A stretch of DNA of 64,000 nucleotides from Perkinsus chesapeaki ATCC PRA-425 (taxonomy: Eukaryota > Protista > Perkinsozoa). Shown here piece after piece: positions 41,060 to 52,035 of the stretch; positions within the stretch are counted from its first letter, which is position 1, and each line of letters starts with the position of its first letter. Under the pieces are notes generated by a model. The model made no database searches, was not told the DNA's origin, and saw only the letters and a program-made list of their open reading frames with translations. Both the position numbers and the translations under genes were made by a program. The stretch lies in the NCBI GenBank assembly GCA_013115145.1, contig JAAPAO010000057.1, positions 1 through 64,000 of the forward strand, written 5' to 3'.

Positions 41060-44000
41060 CTAATCTCCGCCTTCCACGAATTCGAAGATCGCTCTGTTTT
41101 CAGAGGCTAGTGTATCTTGTCCTCCGACTCGAGCCCCACATTCACGGCAAACAGCTGACTGCCTCGCAGCTCCACAATCCCCAATGAAATAAGGGTGTCC
41201 ATTGGGACAGGCATACCAATGACCCACAGTAGAGCCAGTAATTTCGGCACTCATCGCAACATCAACTTGCTGACGCTCTTCTCGATTGAGGGGGCCAAAG
41301 GTCTTCAACAACTTTTTCTTGACTTCGGAAAGTAGAGCTATTTGGGATTTCGCAGAGTTGCCGTACCTAATAAGTACATAGTACACAGCAATTTCATACG
41401 TCTGCATCTTTCTCACCTTGGTGCCGTATAGGTTGCCTGCTTACATGTAGGACAACACAGTAGTCTGACAGCGGTATGGTCGTTATTGGTAACTCGAGTG
41501 CTCATGTACCTAATTCTGGAGATGCCACAAAGAAGAGGTAGGAGACTCTCGTACTTGTCCAGCCCCTCAACAAAGAACGTATGACCGCACTCCGGAAGCC
41601 TATAGAGCTTAGCGTTATCTTCCAAGGATGAGCTAATTTCATCCAGTGTTATTGCGCACTGCAGGGTCGGCTCGCAAGTAGGACACGGTGGACATGGCTC
41701 ACCACATAAGCCTTGACAAGGATGCCCACAACGTAGTTTTATTTTGCAGGGTTGGTCACACAGTGGCCGTTCACACATCTCATGGCAGAACTTGGAGCAC
41801 TTATGATGCTCACACTGTCGAGGGCAGGACTCCTTACATGGGGTGCAAATCTCGTAACATTTTCTTGGACAACCATGACCATGTAGGCATTTAATTGGGC
41901 ATGGCTCGTTACAAAGCTTAGTGTGAGGCTGCCCACATCTCATATCACATTTATGTCCACATAATAGATACGCGTCACACGGCCATTCACAGTCGGTAGT
42001 AACATGCCCGTGTTGAGGCAAGCACTTCTTTGAGCAACGGTGACCACATGGTAGCTTCATCTCGCAATCTCTGGTACATTTCCGAGGAGTATTGCATATC
42101 TGCTTCACTTCATGGCCACAGGCTGCATGGACAATGCTCTCAAAGTTGCACTTTACCGAACCAACATCGCATTGTGCCTCGTGACACGGTAGGATCACTG
42201 TGTGGCCGCAAGGGAGCTCACAAGAGACTTTCACCAAACAGCGCCGCTCACCCAGGTCATCCTTCAGGAAGCAGCGAACATAGTTCTTGTGCCCACAGCT
42301 CAAGTCTACTGGTACTAGAATACTGCATGGAGTTTTGCACACGTCTTCAGGTTTAGAGTCTTTGTTAGAGCACTCTGAGCACATGTGAATACATTTATGA
42401 TTGCAACCATCTGGTCTCGGACGTGCACACGCTTTACGGCACTGGACTCCGTCATGATCGAATACATGGCAAAGATAGGGGCATACGTGACCACAAGCTG
42501 GCAATAGGGTACCACAAGGATATCTGCAACCACCGTCTTTCACATATTTGAAACCCTCGGGACCGGCCACTCGTTCGATATGGTCTGGATGTACACGGCA
42601 CGTAAGAGTGAGAGCTGGACCAACTCGGCCTTGATCTCGTAGGACACGTAGTGGGCCTACCCAGCTCTTGGAGTTATCAAGAACCTTAGTGTTACCTAGA
42701 ATAAACAGGCCTTCGCGTGCACGCGATAATGCCACAATAACCCTGTTCTCGATTCCAACAAAGCCTGGCCGACACTCTAGATTAGAGCGTACCAAGGATA
42801 GGATGATAACCTTGTTCTCTTCACCTTGATAGTCGTCAATGGTCGCCACGTGCACGCCGCAACGATTGGAAGATTTATCGGACTTGATACTCGGGTTGAG
42901 GTAATCCCGCATAAGCCGCTTCTGACCGATGTAAGGAGTTAGTAACGTGATGTCCTCGGGTTGATACTGCTGTGACCGAACAAGATAAAGAGCCAAGCTG
43001 GTGGCGAACCTGGCCTCGTAATCATTCTTTTTGGAGGTACCCTCAAATGACTGTTCGAGCTCCCTATGGTCGAGGAAGTATACATCAGTAGCCACACCAC
43101 CAACTCTATCATACTTCTTAACCCTCTCGTGGTCGATGAGGCCATCAGCGTAGAAATGCTTCACCAATTGGCTGACTTCTGGTCTCATACGAAGTTGAAT
43201 GGATAACTTAGCAAATGGGACGTTGAAGTTGATGAGCCTTTCAAGAAGTGATATGTCAAAGTGATTCTTCCGGCATAATTCAAAGGCATTAATTTTCGGT
43301 CTCAACTGTTGATGGTCTCCAATAAGCACCACATGTTCCAATTTAGATGAGGATAGGCACGCCATTAGCTGACATTCTAACAGCTCACCAGCCTCCTCTA
43401 TTATCACAACCCTCGGAGCCAGACGATGTACAAGATCTCGATTAAGTGCAGCAAAGGTACTGGTCATACCAACCAATGCTCCACCTAGGCAAGCTCGCAA
43501 CTGCACGCTTTTCCTTCGCTGGGCTTGGGTAGCTGCAACCTCATTGCCTTCCTGTTGCAACCTGGCAACTCTGACCGGGACAAACCGTCGCAGCGCTGCG
43601 CGTACTGGTGACCAAATTTGCCACCTTGTTCGCGGAGAGTCGTTCCGCTTGGCCAGACTATTGACTAAAGCATGACACGCTACCGCAACGCAATCTGCTC
43701 CCACCATGGACTCAATCGCTACTCGGAGATATTGCTGGAAAGCCGAAGCCATAGTACGCTCGTTGGTATAGAGCGGCAAATCCATAGCTGTCTTACTCAC
43801 ATCGTCATCGGTAGGCCTGATAACTGGTACGTCGCCAAGGGAAGTACTATCTTCGACTGCACTGAACGTAGAGCTTAAGGGAGACACATTAACACTAGGC
43901 TTGTATCCAAATATCTCTTCCAGTGAGCTGTCGACGCCCGCCAGCATTTCAACCAACAAACCATTCTTACTGCCCTCATCAATCGAGTCGTAAGGGCGTG

Positions 44001-46255
44001 GGGTGCGTCTAGTGGAGCGCAGCGAACTTGAAGATACCCTGGTTTGATGTGATGACAGCCAACACTCCTCCGTAGCATATAGTTCATCTTCTGCCCCTTC
44101 CAGCCATCTATCCAGTGCAAGAATGGCAAAGTCCATTATTGAGCTACCAAGATACGCAAAGCTAGTCTGCCAGCCTCGAGGTGAGAGAACCTTGCGCAGT
44201 ATGCTAAATGGAAGGTAAGCCAAGATACAAAGGCGCACACCTCTATCTTGACATAGCGCTGTTACTGCATTCATTGATCGACCAATAAATTTTATCGACT
44301 TGGCTGATTTTTGGCGACCTGCATATTCTTCGGGTGTCTCCTTCATATTCTCCCTGATATTGCATGCCTGCAGCTCCTCATTGCCGCTCTTGGATCGGCC
44401 CCCAAATCGCATTAGACGCCCCTTCATGTGAGGCAGTAAGTCTTGTAGTAGCTGGTCGAGAGCATGATTCGTAAGAGTAATGGCAAGGATAGGCTCGCTG
44501 TGGCCTTTAGCATCAAGTGCTACTCTGGCGAGTCGCACGAACTTCACTCCCAAGTAGCTTTTGCCGGTACCGGGCGGTCCTTGTACCATCGCGAGTGGCG
44601 TCGAAAAAATGTGGTGCATCGCTACCTGTTGGGCTGGATCAAGCTCCACAGCACGCCCCTCTACAGTAGGCCAGGGCTCTAGAGGATCACCTCGGATCTC
44701 AGCCGGTTCGTCAACGCCTGTATATAGACAGCCAAGGTCGAGTTCAACCCCAGCAAGAAATGCAGGAGGCCCTGCCTCATGTCCGGCAATATTGCCGAGC
44801 AAGCGCGGAAGCAACAGGGTGTTCGAGAGGAGCTCGCCGTCTATCAGGAAGTCAAATACCGGCTTCTTGGCCAAATAGTAGTCCGGAGACTCCAGCATAC
44901 AGTACTGCTTATCATAACATAACTTGGAAAAGTCCAACTGGCTCAAGTCGAGACACACCTCACCGCTGGACGACCTGCCGGTTTTTTGAGAAGGCATCAC
45001 ATCAACCACGACAGCATACACTAGGGAGTCGCGAATGTACTGACCTTTCGGTGTCCCTGTAGAGGTTAAATACAATACAACAAGGGAGCCATGTCGTAGG
45101 TTCGAACCAACCCCAAAGTCAACTGGACGCGGACAATCAAAACTCATCTTAACGCAGACTCCGGTACCGTCGATGGCTTTGAAAGGTCGAGGTAGCATCT
45201 GAACTCTCTGGTGACATAGGCCACGAGGGGGGACTCCAGACTTGGTCATGTATCCGAGGCTATATCGCAGGACCTCTTTCAAAGGTATGACCAGATCTTC
45301 TCGGAGGCAGTGATAGTGAGTGGCGCGGTAGAGTAGGAGTTCATCTTCGTTGGACGAATCCCAGCTATCTGTCTGTCGGTTAACCAACTTACTGATTAAC
45401 GGGGGTGGTTTATCGTCTCCAGCGATCTCGGACATACTTGGCAGTAGCCGATCAGCAGCCATAAGAGCTGAATACGCCTTAGCTTCTGGCACTGCAACTG
45501 ACGACGTTGGAGTGATACTGAGCTCCTCCGGGCGATCTTGTTCAGGAGCTCGCAACTTTGACAACAAAGACTCGATTGTTTCAGATGCAACACCAAACAT
45601 TGAAAGACGCTCACGTAGGAACGCTTCTGGGACCATCCTTGCTACTCGTGGATCAATCCTCCAAATCTCAATGAGGACAATGATGAATTGAATTACGGCG
45701 TCAGCGCTAGCGGTGCTCCCAATGTAGTCGTGCGACTACTGCCAAGTTGGCGCTGAAGTCTTTGATTACCGAGTCGAAGGCTCTACCATCAAAAGCGTCC
45801 TTGCACTCGACCATAACTCTCACCAGCAACGCCAGTGACTCCTGGTCGATGTCACGAATGAACTCCTTGAGCCTGTCGCGCTCTTCGGAAAGGCGTGCCA
45901 GCATTGCATCGATATCCGTAGAGCGCTGTAGATCATTAAGGAAACGTCTTGCATCTTCGAGTGACCGAATCGGGGGCTCACGCGCCATGTATCGCCGTCT
46001 TTTAGCGGGATTACCACTTGCCGCCGGCGCATCCCTCTTGGCACCATTCCTTACAACAGCTTCGTTTACTGGCAAGGGAGACCACAATCTGGGCCTATTT
46101 TTGGACGAACCACGCTTTCTAGTTGAGTGAGCAGGCGAAGTAGAGGATACCTTGGTAGCAGAGTCGTGCGAAAACCGACACGAACTCCCATACCGGCAGT
46201 TGCCTCTAGCAAAGTCGCGGCATGGCTTCTCTGACACCCTTCGAGAGCGGTTCAT
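41060..46255 (-). CDS. ZNFX1: ZNFX1-like helicase, copy D: CCCH, helicase, repeats, RING-like domain, complete RZ finger; one frameshift at about 45730
   Basis: CRDFARGNCRYGSSCRFSH. FSANLAVVA is followed by a lone C and then DYIGSTAS...MVPEA in the next frame, whereas paralogs have a full codon there. Ends GHWYACPNGHPYFIGDCGAARQSAVCRECGARVGG. Confidence 0.88.
42909..43472. repeat. Near-identical helicase-core DNA segment, copy D
   Basis: Longest tract; it overlaps both the C-shared and the B-shared extensions. Confidence 0.9.
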
Positions 46256-46699
46256 TCAGAGAGGAATAACAGGGAACACCTACGTAATCAAATGAGCATC
46301 TTGTGGTAATCGAAAACGGTGGGTGGTAATTAAAAAGCTAGACTTCTGCGAATTCTACGTCATACACAAGGTTCACGAAGTACTTAGAGTTAACTTGAAC
46401 CTGACTTCGTGTAGCAGTGGGACACACTCTAACGCAAATAGACAACTGGCTCAACGAAACACAGTATAGAGTTAAGCTGGCAGCCCAGCAAACCTGGGTT
46501 TACTAGCCCTCCAAGCCAGATGTGACCTCCGATAAGCCACTGCAGCACGTCCATGGCTTGCGCTAATGTAGTTCAAACTATCACACAGAGACCGTGACGG
46601 GGTTAGTGCATCACACATATGTTGAAGAGCGCACACTTTGTGCAACGGCGGGCGGTTTGTGTTTGTATAGGCAAAATGGATTACTCTTTCGAAGCACAC

Positions 46700-49600
46700 A
46701 TCGGCTCAAAATTAATAAAGACATGAGAAAAGAAACTTTCCGAGGGATAATTCATCTCTCACATTCTTAGACTCAGAAAAGTCTGAGACTTTCACCTTTG
46801 CACTCGGCTCCTCATCACCCGCTGAGAGTCCGACTGATGCTCTAGTCCGGCGTAGATGTTTTTTAGAACTTCAGAACTCTGAGTTCGCGGTTAGAGGCAG
46901 CATACTGCTCTTCCCTACTCTAATACGGCTTAGACGTAACTTCTCGATGTCTATGCGACTCTCAGGAGTAATAAGCAAGGGAAATGCCCGCGACGGTCCG
47001 AACGATCTCGCATGGAGGAGTTTTCAATAATGACCTTTTGATGGCAGGCTCGTATGGTTCATGTCATGGCACTTATCATTTTAAACAAACGAACCGTCGC
47101 AAAGGAATAACTCTATATTATCGTCTGCCTATTGTATTCCGTAGGATCTATATCGATATAGTGATATGTCTGGTTCCTAGACTCTGGTATTGCCGTACTG
47201 CGAAGTCCGCAAATTAAGCACGGTGAAGTTTACGAACTGTATATGAACTGTAATATGTGATATTATATTAAACAGCACTATGAGTTATGATAGTCAAGAG
47301 TAGCACTATCCTTTATAATAATAATGATGATGATGACGATGATGTTCCCGATTGCTCACGAGTTGATGCTCTCGATTCACGATGATTGACTAACTCGCAC
47401 TAAGAAAATGTAAATAATGATACTCTTTGGATCGAATAATGCTGTAGAATGATAAGAATGCAACTACGATGAGATCCACGGGAAAGGGACCCTTGAATAA
47501 AACCGGAGCGATGCGATAGATAACCACACACGGGCGACATGCTGGTAATTGTCAAAATCTCGTCTGAAGGACTTGACCATCCGACGCGCCTGTGCCGCAT
47601 CGGAGAACCAAATACTTCCCCTGACAGAATGTAGCCCTTATTGACTCTAACTTCAATATGCTACTTACGCTTCAATATCTTCTTCGTTGGGAGTCGCTGT
47701 TGCTGGATTAACTGACAAAAAAGGAATGCTAAACTCCTATGCCGTCGAAATAAATCTCATCCTTGGTTATCAACTTGCTTTGGTGGGCCATCGATTCAGT
47801 TTGATAATCGTTTCCGCGCTAGCACCTTTATTATTCTATAGCCAGGCTTCATTGGCCTATTAGCCGCACGATAAGCTTACGTTTTGGCATCTTATCGATG
47901 ATGAAGTGGACCAAGATGTCTAACGGAGACCTTCCACAAACAATTGCGTTCCAATTTGGGCCTTACCGAGATGAGACGAATTTTACTTAATGCAATTATT
48001 CGTGACACGGGCATGAAAACAAGCAGACGCAGGCAGCTGGTGTACTGCCGCACCATCAACACTAGCAAGGTAGTCGACCCCTTCAACAGCCCCAGCTGCT
48101 GGCTGGAGTTTACGGTGAAATATGAAGGGTAGGCCATTTGGCGTTAAGTGAATGTGAAAGTAGGCATACTCTTCTCCACAAACTAATTTTTTGACAGGCT
48201 GTTTCATCTCTCGAAGCACTGATATCCTCGGTGCAAAGTGTTGTAGAAAGCAACAACCAAAAGACCAGAAATTCCCAGAAAACCAGGCGAGGGCTCTCAC
48301 GTTGGTGAGCACCGGAGAATGAGGGAGAGATCCCATTTGTTTCTCTAGGGAGGGATACTCTAACAGAGATGCACGCTCCAAAGTAGTGCGAGAACGCCGC
48401 GCACATCGTTACTTTATACAAGTTCTTGTCTCAAGAGATCCTTGGTCGTACACATGGCAGTATCCAGATTTATCAGTATACTTATGGAATCCATAATATG
48501 GATCCTGTATGACCAGAGCTGTCGGCCATCTTTTCAAAACTTGATTTCAGCTATGAAATTCTTGCCGTAGTGTGTTGCTGTGCACACGTCACATTGCGAT
48601 GCAACAGATACATGATACTCATATCAGGGTTTTGTAATACTAATTTGAAAAAGGACTTCGGATTACGAATCAAGAACTAGAGGTTTAATATCCATGGAGT
48701 CCGAAGTACGGGACACTCATGAACCGTACGTCTTCGATTCATCTACCCAATACAGAACACTGTCACACCCTATAACAATCTCAATGTATTGCCCACAAAT
48801 TGTCTAAGTCTTCTGAATTGCCGACTCGGCAATGTCGACAAACGTTTAATTCATATACGGACATATTGCTTTGGTAACCATCAAGGTATAAACCCATTAG
48901 CTTTAGTGGGCGATACTGTCCCATTTGTCTCCAACAAGGCAGCACGGCAAACATGCCAAGTCTACCGACTAAAGAGCCCTTATAGGCCAGCATTGTTCTT
49001 ATGCCATAGCTATCGTACTCGAATGAATAAAAAGCTTGTGATTTTTCCACGACGCCGGTGAGTGCAATACTTGGGGTAGTGTCTGCGTGCAGATTGTGCA
49101 TCGCGTAGTGTGGCCGAAAGCAGTGAGCTCACTTCCTCATATTCAAATGTGTAATGAGCCCCAACAGTAGTATTATCGAATGTGCTGCTCCCAATGCAGT
49201 ATTACTGGCTCGCTTCGTACTATAGTCTTGTGTTAGCCTCTACATTGTTAAGTGACTTAACTTAAGTCTCGTGACATGCTTCGTTTATTAATCGATCGCA
49301 ATGGCGTGCGGGATCTACAGCGCATTGCGCAGTACCCGAATCTTTTCTCCTTTTGTTGACCTTCAGCAGCACGGGACCAGGGGTTGCGTCGGCATACTTG
49401 AGTAAGCGTCATTAACATATTTACCAGTATTACATCTGAATGAGGATAGGTATATCTAGAAGATGAATCATAATAGCCTTCTGAATCCGACAGTTTAATT
49501 TTAATATCAATTCATGACTAATTCATCGGCTTCATGGTTTTGGGTAGTATATCCCTTTATATGTTGGTGGTTAGTAAGACCAGCAGTTACCATGCTTCAT

Positions 49601-49800
49601 ACTGCACTAGATGCATTAAGGCAATCAGTAGCATCAGCCTGTGGTAACGACTACACAATTATCGACTTAATAATGATATCTGGTTTGATCGGTCTATGGT
49701 CCTACGCATGGATGTGGTTTAATCGTTATTTCTCTTTACCTTGTGTCATTGCTAACTCTAGTATGGTACTCAGTATTACTTGATTCATAGTACTGTTTCA
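46700..49800 (+). CDS. Unresolved multi-exon coding region, possibly the N-terminal sensor or membrane part of the downstream receiver-cyclase gene
   Basis: Plus-strand exon-like frames (LRSNLGLTEMRRILLNAIIRDTG...; SSLGVAVAGLTDKKGMLNSYAVEINLILG; hydrophobic WFWVVYPFICWWL...DLIMISGLIGLWSYAW). Exon joins were not resolved. Confidence 0.35.
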
Positions 49801-49966
49801 CAAGAGCACGAGCTTTGAGCCGTCAATCACATACCACTTTAATAAGTTAGATCCTATTAATGTTTACGGGAGTAAATCTAAAAGGTACTAAGATAATTAT
49901 CAATACCTTTTCCTACTCTGCAGGGACCGCTAGCTTAATGTGGACCGTTTTCCAAAGGATATATAG

Positions 49967-51957
49967 ACCGTATTTTCGAGTAGTTGCTCCAGTCTGTTAA
50001 TGAGCCTTCTTGAGGATGCTATTGCTCGTTATGAGGATGCTCGAGAGCTGTTATCAGTCGATGATGATCCTGTGAATCAGATGGTTATATCATCATTGTT
50101 CGAGAGCGAGGGCTTTGTAGTCCACCAGGCCATGGATGGGTTTGAGGCATTGGAGCACATGCAGAATAACTCCATGCCTGATCTTATATTATTAGACGTT
50201 ATGATGCCTGGTATGAGTGGTTATGAGGTCTTGGATACATTAAGAGCAGAGTAATACATAACGGTGGCAACAGGATATGAAAGCGAAATTATAGAAATGT
50301 ATAAAGGGAAGGCAAATGCATTGTTTTCTATAGGGAACCTTTTAGTTCTATTGAATGACTTGGTGAAAGTCCCCTTGGCGTTAAGGCTCAGAGTGACTTC
50401 GAAATTCATATCGAAACGTTTATCGTTAGAGATTTCAACCGCGCTAGTATACGATGTCTCTTGAGACTGGTCAGAATCGACAATATATCTCATCTCTCGG
50501 TGAAAATTGGACTTAGGGCAATGATGCTCGAAAAAAATCAATATATTTGCAGGTACCCCCCAGATCTCCCAGTAGTTATGATATCAGCCAAGGCAGCTAC
50601 ATCTGATAAAGTGGAGGGTGTGGAGCACTTTTGTAGGCCATTCATCTCAGGCTAATGTCTTTATAATGGTCTAGGTAATGATTACCAGACTAAACCATTT
50701 GAAAAGGAGGAGCTCTTGGCACGTGTTAGATGCCTTATAGTATTAAGGCATATGATTAACGCCCATTTCGGCTCTGTTGGGAGCGGCGGAGGAGGATCGG
50801 CTGAAGGTGGTGGAGGGGGCAGTGAATCTACGGGTAGTTGAGATATGGTATTCGTAGTGGACAGTTTTGGTATCAGTTTTGAAGGCCCTGCCACCACATA
50901 TAGCAGAGAAAGTGCAGCAGGGTGAAACTAATATATCGGAGAAATACGATAAGGCTTCATTCCTCTATATGATGTTTGATAAGTAATATCCATACCGCAC
51001 TTCCCTCCGATCTCGCCTGAAGGTTCGGTGAAGTAGCCGAGGCCATCCCTTTGCCGCAACTCCTAACGTTGTTGAATAAGCTACATACATCTTTTTTGGA
51101 GGTTAAAGAAAGCAGTAAGACTCGGAAATGGTGGCACTTCTTCTCATAAATTATCACTACTAGCGATAGGCGAAGTATCTTGGTTCTCTTGAACCGTGTG
51201 GTTTGATAGGTCGAATGAAGGCTTAAAAGTTTGTATTTCATTTTTACAATTGTAGGTTACGAAGCTATATACGTAGAATTTGTGGGAGTTAACACCATCG
51301 CCATTGCTGGCTTTAATGATGATACAGCTGCTAGCTCAGAGGAGCTGCTCTGCGGTTTCGGGCAGGTTTGTCTGGCAAAGGCAGCAGAGGTATAGGTGTA
51401 AAGGATCTTACAGAGGTTGAGATGCGTGATGTTAGATAATGATAGGAGACTATCCGATGTCGAAGTTGATTAAGATTGGTATTCATACTGGGCCGGCTTT
51501 TGGAGGTAGTAGAGATTAATACCGCCTGTCCAAGGGCAGGTTGCTCACCTGAGCCTGGGGGTGAGCATCATCATCATACTTCGGTTTGACGCTAATATTG
51601 CACAGTATAGAATTTCGTCTTTATCGTTCGATTTGCCCATCAGCCATTGTGTGTGATGCTGGGTGCACAAGTAATGATGTTATATCATCATCCTGCAGGC
51701 CTCATCGGTAGCTCCTTCGCCTTTATGGGTGAGCCTTCGCAGATCTCAAGGCAGCTGGCTATGGGGGGTGTTTGTGGGTAAGGCAGCAGGTTTACCTATA
51801 TTCAATAAGCCAATATTATGATAATAGGTATATGCATGTCACCCAGTCTACTAAGGATGGCGTGGAGGCATCAGCTCCTAGTACTTATTATTTTGGGGAA
51901 CGAGGAAGCATTAAAATAGGAGAAGATAATATGGAGACCTTCCTCGTGAAACAGTAA
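49967..51957 (+). CDS. Response-regulator receiver domain fused to a degenerate class III nucleotidyl cyclase domain, multi-exon
   Basis: REC: LLSVDDDPVNQMVI...AMDGFEAL...PDLILLDVMMPGMSGYEVL...LPVVMISAK...GNDYQTKPFEKEELLARV. Cyclase: ALPPHIAEKVQQGETNISEKYDKASFLY, LPQLLTLLNKL, KIGIHTGPAFGG, HVTQSTKD...FGERGSIKIG...METFLVKQ*. Confidence 0.82.
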
Positions 51958-52035
51958 GAGTTAAAGGTAGTTATGGGTAGCTAACGGGTCAGATCGGAGG
52001 AAGAGGACCTGTCGGAATTCAAGACTGAGGCATCC

